A stretch of DNA of 34,690 bases, taken from Bryobacterales bacterium (lineage in GTDB: Bacteria > Acidobacteriota > Terriglobia > Bryobacterales > JACQDG01). This document shows, piece after piece, positions 7,842 through 17,159 of this stretch. The notes under the pieces were generated by a model that worked only from the letters and a program-made list of their open reading frames with translations, was not told where the DNA came from and ran no database searches. The position numbers and the translations under genes are program-made. Numbering within the stretch: the stretch's first letter is position 1; every line of letters starts with the position of its first letter. The stretch spans positions 1-34,690 of the forward strand of contig DASQHK010000491.1 of the NCBI GenBank assembly GCA_035632135.1, in the 5' to 3' direction.

Positions 7842-9011
7842 CTAAACGCGGTCCAGGTTCTTGTAGACCTCGCCGATGTTGATGTTCACGTCTTCCTGCA
7901 GCGGACGGGCGGGGCCGTAGTTGGGGAAAAACTTGTAGAGATTGGCCACTACATATTCTTTATATCCATTCGCTTGCAGAGAGTTGAGCGAGGCCACGGT
8001 GATCGTCTTTTGCAGCTCGGCGAGCGAGCGGCCGGCCCGCTTGCCTTGTTCCACCCGCCCCACCAGCTCCTCGATGTAGTTCTTCATGCCCATCATGCGC
8101 TCGCGGTTGTGCTGCACCGGGCCGTGGCCGCCGATGAGCTGGGCGAAGTCGCGCTGCGCCACCGAGTCCATCGTCTTCGCCCACGCCTTGGGGTAGCCGT
8201 CGCCGATGTAGGGCAGGAAGCCGTGGATCATGTCGCCGGTGGCGACCACGCGCTTTTGCGGGCAAAACACCACCACGTCGCCGGCCGTGTGCGCGTGGCC
8301 GTGAAACTCCACGTGCAGATCGTGCGCGCGGTCTTTGATTACGTGCGAGCGGGCAAAGGTGAGGGTCGGCAGCACCAGCTCGAAGCTCTTCATCTCCGCC
8401 TGGTAGGCCTGGAGCTGGCGGATCTGCTCCCGGCAGAACGCCTTTTCGCCGGCCGAGGACGCTTTGCTCAGGCGCGCCTGGAGGGCGTCGATCTGCTTGG
8501 GAACGCCGTCGAGCGATTCTTGCAAGCGTTTTTGAGCTTCTTGCTCCATCAACTGCTTGGTCGGCTCGCTGGCGATGAAATCGACCTTGCTTTCGGCCGA
8601 CTTGTAAGCTGCGTTGCCCTGCTGGTGGTCCCAGTGGAAGTGCGAGTTCACCACGAAGCGCACCGGCTTGGGGGTGACCTCTTTCTTGAGCTGGGCGATG
8701 AGCGACGCGGCGGCAGAGGGCTTGGAGTGGGCATCCACCACCAGCACGTCTTCGGAGTTCACGAAGATGGCCGCGTTGGAGTTGATCATCGCCTGCGCGC
8801 GGGCGATGGCGGCGTAAACGCCGTCGGCGACCTTCTCGATGTCGAAGAGCTTGGTACTGGCCGTAGGCGCGAGCGCCCGGGCCCAGGCCGCGCGATGGAA
8901 GCCAAGCTCCAGCACCGAAGCGCCGGCGAGCGCGCTCCCCAGAGCGATCTGGAAAAAGTCGCGACGCGAGAACGGGTCCGCGTGATGGCTACGGTGAGAG
9001 TGGTTGTGCAC
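7842..9011 (-). CDS. MBL-fold metallo-hydrolase with Tat signal and His-rich N-terminus
   Basis: The GTG start at 9011 is preceded by AGGAGG (9022..9017) with a 5-nt spacer. The N-terminus reads MHNHSHRSHHADPFSRRDFFQIALGSALAGA (SRRDFF Tat motif). The MBL motif is NSHFHWDHQQGN (HxHxDH). Confidence 0.85.
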   Translation of the reverse strand: MHNHSHRSHHADPFSRRDFFQIALGSALAGASVLELGFHRAAWARALAPTASTKLFDIEKVADGVYAAIARAQAMINSNAAIFVNSEDVLVVDAHSKPSAAASLIAQLKKEVTPKPVRFVVNSHFHWDHQQGNAAYKSAESKVDFIASEPTKQLMEQEAQKRLQESLDGVPKQIDALQARLSKASSAGEKAFCREQIRQLQAYQAEMKSFELVLPTLTFARSHVIKDRAHDLHVEFHGHAHTAGDVVVFCPQKRVVATGDMIHGFLPYIGDGYPKAWAKTMDSVAQRDFAQLIGGHGPVQHNRERMMGMKNYIEELVGRVEQGKRAGRSLAELQKTITVASLNSLQANGYKEYVVANLYKFFPNYGPARPLQEDVNINIGEVYKNLDRV

Positions 9012-9025
9012 AAGGTCCTCCTGTC

Positions 9026-10030
9026 TTATTTAATGGCCAGCATGGCATCCAGGTGGCGGCCGGTCGATCGCGCGTGAAATTCCCGAAATCCCGCTCGCCG
9101 CAGCAGCGCTTCATATTCGGCCGCGGTGCGCTCCTTGCCTTCGGTCACCACCAGCATGTTCAAGGATTGCAGGTTGGCGCTGGCCGGGCCATCCTTGCGC
9201 GGGTAGAGAATCTTCTCGGCGACCAGCAGTCCGCCCGCCGGCGGCAGTTGCCGGTAGATCCGTTCGAGAAGCGTCACAATCTTAGGCTCCGACCAATCGT
9301 GAAGGATGCGGCCCAGGCTGTACAGGTCCGCTTCCGGCAGCGGATCGGAAAAGAAATCGCCGTTGCAGGTGTCCATGCGCCCGGCCAGGGCCGCAGCCTC
9401 GATGTACTGTTGCGCCACCGCCGCGACCCCGGGCAGATCAAAGATCGTTGCCCGCAGCTTGGGATAATGCCGGCAAGCTTCGATGGCCAGGTGCCCGGTC
9501 GCGCCGCCCAAATCGCACAAGTGGCTGAAGCGAGACAAATCCAGCGCTGCGATTACCGCCGGCGAGCTGAGCAGGCCCATGCCGTGCATACCGGCCAGAA
9601 ACGTCAGCTTGCTGTCTTCGGTCGAAAACAGCTCGTCAAAAATGCCGGCTTTGCCGCCGAAGGTCTGCTCCCAGCGGTGCGTGCCCTCGCGCACGGCGTC
9701 CTCGAGATGGCCCCAAATCGGATAGAGAATGCGGTCGGAATAAAGGATGTAGCCGGTGAGCGTGTCCGGCGACTCGCGCCGCAGATACCGGCTTGCCACC
9801 GGCAGGTTGCGGCAGCGATCGCCCGCGCGCTCGAGCAGCCCCAGCGCCACGCAGGCGTCGAGCAAGCGCTCCAGCGCATTCGCGTCCAGGTTTTGCTCCC
9901 GCGCCAACTCCGCCGCGTCGGCCGGTGATTTTTCCAGGCGGTCGAAAAGGCCGAGCGAGACAGCAGTAAACATCACCTTAGAGCGGCGAAAGGCTTCGAT
10001 CAGGTCAAGTACCGGCTGGGCGTCGGCCAT
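9026..10030 (-). CDS. class I SAM-dependent O-methyltransferase (COMT/ASMT-like family 2, with N-terminal dimerisation domain)
   Basis: SAM motif LCDLGGATGHLA. DLYSLGRILHDWSEPK is typical of family-2 O-methyltransferases. No signal peptide. The stop lies 14 nt upstream of the MBL start. Confidence 0.85.
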   Translation of the reverse strand: MADAQPVLDLIEAFRRSKVMFTAVSLGLFDRLEKSPADAAELAREQNLDANALERLLDACVALGLLERAGDRCRNLPVASRYLRRESPDTLTGYILYSDRILYPIWGHLEDAVREGTHRWEQTFGGKAGIFDELFSTEDSKLTFLAGMHGMGLLSSPAVIAALDLSRFSHLCDLGGATGHLAIEACRHYPKLRATIFDLPGVAAVAQQYIEAAALAGRMDTCNGDFFSDPLPEADLYSLGRILHDWSEPKIVTLLERIYRQLPPAGGLLVAEKILYPRKDGPASANLQSLNMLVVTEGKERTAAEYEALLRRAGFREFHARSTGRHLDAMLAIK

Positions 10031-10040
10031 GCAGGAGCGC

Positions 10041-11255
10041 CTAGAGCGGCAGGATCTCCTCGCGCACCGGATCGAACTTGAGCCGCCGCTTCTGCACGTA
10101 AGCGATGTTGCCGAGGTGCGAGGCCTGGGCGGAGCGGTGGCCGATGAGTACGTCGCCGTTCGGGAGCTGGCGCGAGCGGACGCAGTCGAGGAAGTTGTTC
10201 ACGTGGAAGACGGTCATGTCGATCGGGTCGGCCTTCACCACCACGGGCGGCGCCTTGCGGTCGAGTGTGTAGTACTCATAGCGAGCGCGGCTGATCCACA
10301 GGCGCCCCTCGGTGCCGAGCATCTCGATCGCCGCGCCGGTCGCGCCAGGGGCGAGCGTGGCCTCGAAGGTGGCCGTCCACTCGCCGGGATATTCAAGCAG
10401 CACATTGATCGTGTCGGGGGCGGTGCGGCCGTCCTTGTAATGGTAAACGCCGCCGGCGGAGACCGCCGACTTCGGAACGTCCTGGCCCATGAACATATGG
10501 ACCACGTCGATCCAGTGCGTGAACAGGTCCGTCACCTGCCCGCCGCCGAAATCGAGATAGGCGCGGAAGTTGTAATACTGCTGCGGATCCCAGTCGCGCC
10601 ACTTGAGCGGTCCGAGATAGCGCGCCCAATCCAGGTTGTCGGGCTGTGTTGCCAGCGATGGCGGGGCCTTGCGGAGGTGATAGCTGTTGCCGTGCCACCA
10701 GGTGCGGGCCAGAGTGATCTTGCCCAGCTTGCCGCTGTCAAAATACTCGCGCTTGGCCTGGAGATAATGCGGGCCGGACCGCTGCTGCATGCCCACCTGG
10801 CAGATGCGCTTGTTCACGCGCGCCGCTTTGACGATCTGGGGACCCTCCTCGATCTTCAATGTCAGCGGTTTTTCTACGTAGACGTCCTTGCCGGCGTTGA
10901 GCGCGTCAATGGTGATGGCGGCGTGCCAGTGGTCGGGCGTGGCGATCAGCACGGCGTCCACGTCCGACATGTCCAAGAGCTTGCGGTGCTCAGTGAAGCT
11001 GCGGGCGCCGGGCGCCAGGGAGAGCGCCTTGTCGGTCTGCGCGCCGTAAATGTCGCAGACCGCCGACACGTTGACGCTGCTGTTTTTTTGGAAGTCTCTC
11101 ATGTCGGAGAGGCCGCGGTTGCCGCAGCCGATCACCCCGAGCTGAATCTTGTCGTTCGCTCCGAGCACGCGGGAATAGGAAGCTGCGGTGAGCGCCAGCG
11201 CGCCGGTGGCGGCAGTACGAAAAAGATCTCGGCGAGCAATAGATGTGTCTGGCAT
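10041..11255 (-). CDS. Gfo/Idh/MocA family oxidoreductase with Tat signal
   Basis: MPDTSIARRDLFRTAATGALALTAAS is a twin-arginine signal. The Rossmann motif is IQLGVIGCGNRG, followed by the EKPL motif (VYVEKPLT). Confidence 0.9.
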   Translation of the reverse strand: MPDTSIARRDLFRTAATGALALTAASYSRVLGANDKIQLGVIGCGNRGLSDMRDFQKNSSVNVSAVCDIYGAQTDKALSLAPGARSFTEHRKLLDMSDVDAVLIATPDHWHAAITIDALNAGKDVYVEKPLTLKIEEGPQIVKAARVNKRICQVGMQQRSGPHYLQAKREYFDSGKLGKITLARTWWHGNSYHLRKAPPSLATQPDNLDWARYLGPLKWRDWDPQQYYNFRAYLDFGGGQVTDLFTHWIDVVHMFMGQDVPKSAVSAGGVYHYKDGRTAPDTINVLLEYPGEWTATFEATLAPGATGAAIEMLGTEGRLWISRARYEYYTLDRKAPPVVVKADPIDMTVFHVNNFLDCVRSRQLPNGDVLIGHRSAQASHLGNIAYVQKRRLKFDPVREEILPL

Positions 11256-11261
11256 ACCGGG

Positions 11262-11267
11262 ATTATA
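11262..11267 (-). promoter_or_regulatory. candidate -10 TATAAT exactly 6 nt upstream of ATG 11255 (leaderless-type geometry)
   Basis: The - strand reads cgcTATAATcccggtATG. There is no SD and the hexamer is a perfect consensus. Confidence 0.45.
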
Positions 11268-11369
11268 GCGCCGGCCGCGGTAAAAGACGAAAGCCCGGCC
11301 ACCCTCAGCGGGCGAACCGCGCGCCGTCCGCCGCCCGAATCGGCAGCAGGCGGCGCGATCCCGCTAGGC

Positions 11370-11375
11370 TAGAAT
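11370..11375 (+). promoter_or_regulatory. candidate -10 TAGAAT exactly 6 nt upstream of GTG 11382
   Basis: The + strand reads ggcTAGAATagacttGTG, with no SD. Confidence 0.4.
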
Positions 11376-11381
11376 AGACTT

Positions 11382-12764
<1,383 letters not shown>

Positions 12765-12766
12765 AA

Positions 12767-12850
12767 TTGACGACCGTTTCCCTTGACGATGGAGGATTGC
12801 CCCGGTCTCCGGCGCGCAATCGTCCATCGTCAATCCGGTAACCGTCAATC
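12767..12850. promoter_or_regulatory. two-tier inverted repeat / predicted RNA hairpin filling the regulator-kinase intercistronic gap
   Basis: Inner arms TTGACGATGGAGGATTG (12784..12800) and CAATCGTCCATCGTCAA (12818..12834) pair at 16 of 17 positions around a 17-nt loop. Outer arms ATTGACG (12767..12773) and CGTCAAT (12844..12850) pair 7 of 7. The outer right arm ends 1 nt before the kinase ATG. Confidence 0.55.
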
Positions 12851-14701
12851 ATGAGTTTCAAGCGCCGCTTAACGCTCTCTATCGTCGGTCTCGTCCTGGT
12901 TCTGACGGCGGTACTGTCGGTGGTCTACCTGCGGCACCTGCTGCGGATGCAGTTGCAGTTCGCTTTTGAGCAGGCGCGGATGGTGGCGCAGCAGGTCGAG
13001 AGCGCCACGCTGGACACCATCTCCGAGCCGCCGCCTTCCTCGACCATCGAAGAAAGCATGGCCTTCTGGCGGCAGGCGGTGAGCGAGGACGACCAGCTCC
13101 GCGACGTGATCCTGCGCTCCATAGGCAGTTTTAATACCATCGCCGAGATCGCCGTCACCGACGAGAACGGCGTGATCCTGTCGGGCTCGGCCGATTCCAT
13201 GGCCGGGCACCATTGGATCGGCCGGCCGGAATTCCAGGAGCTTTCGCAGAAGGGTTTTCTCGAGCAGTTGCGCTCGGTTTACGCGCCGCGGCGGGACTAC
13301 GAGATCTCGCAGACATTCGGCTACGAAGGCCGGCCCGTCCTGAGGCTGCACGTGGCGGTGTCCACGGCGTTCCTATGGGGAGAGCTGAAGCCGCAGATCC
13401 GCGTGCTGGGCCTTTGGGCGCTGCTGAGCCTGCTGGCCGCCCTGGCGCTAGCAATTGTGTTTTCGCGGATCGCTTTTCGGCCGCTCGACCGGCTGGGTGA
13501 GGCCATCGACCGCATGACGCGCGGCGAGTATGCGGTATCGCTCCCCTCGGACGCGCCCAAGCGCGATGAGTACGCGGCCATCACTTCCAAGCTGAGCCTG
13601 CTCGGCCAGCAGTTCCGCAGCGCGCGAGAAGGCATGTCCTCGCTGCGCGGCAACATGGAACAGTTGATGCGCAAGCTGGAGGGCGCGGTCCTGCTGTTCG
13701 ACCCCAACGATAAGCTCATCATCGCCAGCGCCGCGGCGGACCACTTCCTGGGGCAGGGGCGCTGGCAGATGATGGGGCAGTCGCTCGAGGAGGTCTTTGC
13801 GGCCGGCACCAAGCTGGGCGCGCTGGTGACGAGCGCGGTGCGGTTGCGCCAGCCCATCGAGAACCAGGTTGTCGATATCGAGCCGGGCGAGGAGGGCGCC
13901 GGCCGCACCACGCGCGTGCTGCTCAGCGTGGAGGTGATGGAGGACTTCGCCAGCCGCCGGCGGCTCGGCACGCTGGTGCTTTTGCGCGACGCCGAAACCC
14001 GCCGGCAGATCGAGACGCAGGTCGAAGTTTCCAATCGCCTGGCCGCCATCACCCGGCTCACCGGCGGCGTGGCGCACGAAATCAAGAACCCGCTGAACGC
14101 CATCACCCTGCACCTGGAGCTGCTGAAAAACCGCCTGTCCGGTTTGCTCGCCGCCCAGCCGCCGGAGCTGGACGTGATCGTGCGCGAGATCGCGCGGCTC
14201 GACCGGGTGGTGAAGACGTTCCTGGATTTCAACCGTCCGGTCGAGTTGCGGCTGGCCGAAGTGCGGCTCGACCGGCTCATCGAAGAAATCGCCGCGTTGG
14301 CCAGGCCCGAAGCGGTCCAGCGCGGCGTTCGCATCCAGGTGATGAGCGGTTGCCCCGACGGCGTGGTGAAGGCCGATCGGGACCTGTTGAAGCAGGCCGT
14401 GCTGAATCTGGCGGTCAACGGCATCCAGGCGATGCCGAGCGGCGGAGAATTGAAGCTTGCGCTCGAGCGCGCCGGGCCGGAGGTGGAGCTGTCGGTGTCC
14501 GATCAGGGCGTGGGGATCGCGGCGGAGAACCGGGAGAAGATTTTCCGGCTGTATTACACCACCAAGAAGAACGGATCAGGCGTCGGGCTGGCCATGACGT
14601 TCCGTGTCGTTCAACTGCACAATGGTACAATCGATTTTTCCAGTGAAGTGGGCCGAGGCACGACTTTCCGCGTGAGGTTGCCGGTGGTGGAGGCCAGGTG
14701 A
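12851..14701 (+). CDS. sensor histidine kinase (TM - extracytoplasmic domain - TM - HAMP - PAS-like - HisKA - HATPase_c)
   Basis: Two hydrophobic segments (LSIVGLVLVLTAVLSVVYL and VLGLWALLSLLAALALAIVF). H-box GGVAHEIKNPLNAI. N, G1 and G2 boxes (LNLAVNGIQAM, DQGVGI, GSGVGLAM). Confidence 0.9.
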   Translation: MSFKRRLTLSIVGLVLVLTAVLSVVYLRHLLRMQLQFAFEQARMVAQQVESATLDTISEPPPSSTIEESMAFWRQAVSEDDQLRDVILRSIGSFNTIAEIAVTDENGVILSGSADSMAGHHWIGRPEFQELSQKGFLEQLRSVYAPRRDYEISQTFGYEGRPVLRLHVAVSTAFLWGELKPQIRVLGLWALLSLLAALALAIVFSRIAFRPLDRLGEAIDRMTRGEYAVSLPSDAPKRDEYAAITSKLSLLGQQFRSAREGMSSLRGNMEQLMRKLEGAVLLFDPNDKLIIASAAADHFLGQGRWQMMGQSLEEVFAAGTKLGALVTSAVRLRQPIENQVVDIEPGEEGAGRTTRVLLSVEVMEDFASRRRLGTLVLLRDAETRRQIETQVEVSNRLAAITRLTGGVAHEIKNPLNAITLHLELLKNRLSGLLAAQPPELDVIVREIARLDRVVKTFLDFNRPVELRLAEVRLDRLIEEIAALARPEAVQRGVRIQVMSGCPDGVVKADRDLLKQAVLNLAVNGIQAMPSGGELKLALERAGPEVELSVSDQGVGIAAENREKIFRLYYTTKKNGSGVGLAMTFRVVQLHNGTIDFSSEVGRGTTFRVRLPVVEAR

Positions 14702-15339
14702 TCGGTCGGAGCCGGGCGAGGGTCGGCAGAGCTGGTGTAGCGGCAATGGTGGTGTTGGCGAGCCTCGCCGGCTGCGGGGGAAGGCACAAGGCGCCGGCCG
14801 TAGCGGCAGCGCCGGCAGTTGCGGCTCCAGCGGTTTCGTCGCCGCAGGTCACTGACCGGTTGCCGCCGGAGCAACCGATCCCGCCCGGGGCGGTGCCCCC
14901 GGAGCAGCCCGTGCAGAGGCCGGCGGCCGCGCCCGCGAGCCCGCCGCAGCCCCCGCGAACGGTGCCGCGCAGCCGGCCCGCCACTGCGACGGCAGAGCAA
15001 GCGCCGGCGGCCACGCCAGAGAGCGGCCCGCCGGTTGGGGAACCTGCTACGGCGCCTGCCGCGCCCGGCCCGGCTCCCCAGCTTCGGCCCATGCTCAGCC
15101 CGGCGCAGGAGCGGGAGCTGCGCCGCAGCATTGACCGCAGCCTGGCAGCCGCTGAGCAGCATCTGAAGCAGCTCCGAGCGCAGCCGTCGGACAAGGAGCG
15201 ATATGCTTCCGCAGAACGGGTGAGGGCATTCATCGCCCAGGCCCAGCAGGCGCGCCGCCAGGGTGACCTGAATCGCGCCCGCAGCCTGGCCGAGCGCGCC
15301 GAGCTGCTGGCCTCCGATTTGGCGCGGGCTTCGCAATAA
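14698..15339 (+). CDS. Pro/Ala-rich lipoprotein with C-terminal helical domain, hypothetical
   Basis: GTG at 14698 overlaps the kinase TGA (GTGA). Lipobox LAGC in MIGRSRARVGRAGVAAMVVLASLAGCGG. A long P/A-rich linker is followed by a charged helical tail. Two long antisense ORFs cover the same DNA, so coding is less certain than for its neighbours. Confidence 0.6.
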   Translation: MIGRSRARVGRAGVAAMVVLASLAGCGGRHKAPAVAAAPAVAAPAVSSPQVTDRLPPEQPIPPGAVPPEQPVQRPAAAPASPPQPPRTVPRSRPATATAEQAPAATPESGPPVGEPATAPAAPGPAPQLRPMLSPAQERELRRSIDRSLAAAEQHLKQLRAQPSDKERYASAERVRAFIAQAQQARRQGDLNRARSLAERAELLASDLARASQ

Positions 15340-15384
15340 CGGGAGCGCTCGGCCGGCCGCGCAGCGCTTCAGGCATTTAGAACC

Positions 15385-16365
15385 GTGGGCATTTTTGGCA
15401 ATTCGTCGCTGGTCGGGCTGGACGTCGGCTCCACGATGATGAAGGCTGTGGAACTCGGCAACCGGCGCGGCAAGCCTGTGGTCGAGCATGCGGGCATCGT
15501 GGCGATGCCTTCGGGCGCGCTGGCGGATGGCATCCTCATCGACCGCGCCGCCGTGGCCGACTGCATCCGGCAGCTCTATCGCAACCAGAGACTGCACAGC
15601 AAACACGTGGCCGTGGGGCTGGCGGGCGAAGACATCTTTGTCGCCCGGGTGAAGGTGGAGCGCGCCAACGGCGACGACCTCGCCGAGCTGGTGCGCCGGG
15701 AGGCGGCGCGCCTCGCGCCGTTTCCCCTCGAGGGGGCCAGTGTGGATTTCCAGGTGCTCGACACCCTGTTGAATTCACGATGGATCCACGCCCTGGTGGT
15801 CGCCGCCAAGCCGGGCAAGGTCGGGCGGCTGGAGGATCTGCTCCGGGAGGCCGGCAAGACGCTCGAGGTAGCCGACTCGACAGCCTGCGCGCTGGTCAAC
15901 GCCTTCGAGGTCAACTACGAGCCGGCTCCCACCGACGTCACCGCGCTGGTTCACCTCGGGGCAGCGTTGATGACCGTGTGCGTGGTGCGCGGCTCGACGC
16001 CTCTTCTGGCCAAAGACCTCTCACTCGCCCCGTCGCAGTTCTCCGAAGAAGAATGGAGCACGACCGACCGCATCGCCGTGCAACTGGAGCGGGTGTTTGA
16101 GCTGATGGACGAGAGCGCCGACGAGCATCCGCTCGAGCCCCGATCCAGTCAGATCCAGCGGCTGCTGCTTTCGGGCGGCAACGCGCGCCTGCGCGGGTTG
16201 CGGGAGGTGCTCGAAGAGCGCATCCACCTGCCGCATGAGGAAATGAATCCGTTTCGCCGCATCGAGTTCGAGGGATCCGACGCTTTGGCCCGGCTGGTTT
16301 GGGACCATGCGCACTGCATGCCGGTGGCAGTGGGCCTGGCGCTCCGAGGCTTTGACGGGACATGA
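15385..16365 (+). CDS. pilM: type IV pilus assembly protein PilM (actin-like ATPase fold)
   Basis: GTG start. The N-terminus (SLVGLDVGSTMMKAVEL), the central region (VAVGLAGEDIFVARVKV...AELVRREAARLAPFPL) and the C-terminus (LLLSGGNARLRGLREVLEE) are typical of PilM. Confidence 0.85.
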   Translation: MGIFGNSSLVGLDVGSTMMKAVELGNRRGKPVVEHAGIVAMPSGALADGILIDRAAVADCIRQLYRNQRLHSKHVAVGLAGEDIFVARVKVERANGDDLAELVRREAARLAPFPLEGASVDFQVLDTLLNSRWIHALVVAAKPGKVGRLEDLLREAGKTLEVADSTACALVNAFEVNYEPAPTDVTALVHLGAALMTVCVVRGSTPLLAKDLSLAPSQFSEEEWSTTDRIAVQLERVFELMDESADEHPLEPRSSQIQRLLLSGGNARLRGLREVLEERIHLPHEEMNPFRRIEFEGSDALARLVWDHAHCMPVAVGLALRGFDGT

Positions 16366-17159
16366 TTCGCATTAATCTGCTCAAACCGGGCCGCGCCCCC
16401 AGTGCACCCGCCACCCCGGGGCTGGATGCCCCTCGCAACCGGCCTCCCAAGGTGGTCGGCAGCCACTGGATCAGCCGGGGCGAGGTTTGGACCGGAGTCG
16501 CCCTGCTGGCGATGGTCTTGGGGGTGCTGGCTTATCTGATCTCCTTGCCAAAGGCGCCCACGCCGGCTGACGCAAGGTCGGCCGAGCCAAAGCCGGTGAG
16601 TTCGCGGGAGGTGGTCCCGGCCGCTGCTGCGCCGGAAGAGCAGAACCCTCCGGCCACCGCCAGGGCCTCGTCGCCCGAACTAGCCGTGATGCCCCCGCCG
16701 GCGGCCGCCGCAGTCACCCCGGAGCCGCAGCGGCCCGCGACTCCAGCGCCCGCCGCAACTGACACCATCCCAGCGTCGAAACCCGCCCCGCCGCGGGAGG
16801 ATGTCCGGCCCCCGTCGCCGCTCGCCTCCGGTTTCCAGGTGAGCGGTATCTCCATGCGGCGCCAGCCAAGCGCCCTGATCGTCGCCATCGAGGTTGAGGC
16901 AGGCGTGAAGTACCGGGCGATAGAGATGAAGAACCCCAGCCGGCTGGTTCTCGATCTTGCCGACTGCCGCTTGGTGATGCCGGCGCCGCTCCACACGCAG
17001 TCGGTCAGCAGTCCGCTCATCCAGCGCGTGCGCGCGAGCCAGTACCAGGTGGAGCCCGCCGTTTGCCGGATTGTGCTCGACGCTATCAGCTTGCCGCGAT
17101 ACGAGGTCCGCCCCGGGGCGAGCGGTCTCGAAATTCAGATCGCGGACGGCGGTCGGTGA
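16362..17159 (+). CDS. PilN-type N-terminal peptide + TM helix + Pro/Ala linker + AMIN domain protein
   Basis: ATG overlaps the pilM TGA (ATGA). MIRINLLKPGR matches the conserved PilN INLLP N-terminus. One TM helix (VWTGVALLAMVLGVLAYLISL). About 95 residues of P/A-rich low complexity follow. The C-terminal ~105 aa (VSGISMRRQPSALIVAIEVEAGVKYRAIEMKNPSRLVLDLADCRL...VCRIVLDAISLPRYEV...LEIQI) have the AMIN-domain pattern. Confidence 0.75.
   Translation: MIRINLLKPGRAPSAPATPGLDAPRNRPPKVVGSHWISRGEVWTGVALLAMVLGVLAYLISLPKAPTPADARSAEPKPVSSREVVPAAAAPEEQNPPATARASSPELAVMPPPAAAAVTPEPQRPATPAPAATDTIPASKPAPPREDVRPPSPLASGFQVSGISMRRQPSALIVAIEVEAGVKYRAIEMKNPSRLVLDLADCRLVMPAPLHTQSVSSPLIQRVRASQYQVEPAVCRIVLDAISLPRYEVRPGASGLEIQIADGGR

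Noticed and set aside
11344-11360. Sigma-54 promoter (GG-N10-GC) for the target of the NtrC-class regulator
   Set aside because: Only a weak cGGCAGcaggcgGCg match was found, with no TGGCAC or TTGC core. I found no convincing -24/-12 element in any intergenic region by eye. A proper position-weight-matrix scan is needed.
7830-11372. Long + strand ORFs (7830..9077, 9053..9928, 9756..11372) over the oxidoreductase/OMT/MBL operon
   Set aside because: The - strand frames carry Tat signals, HxHxDH, SAM-binding and Rossmann/EKPL motifs. The + strand frames carry none and are compositionally antisense-like.
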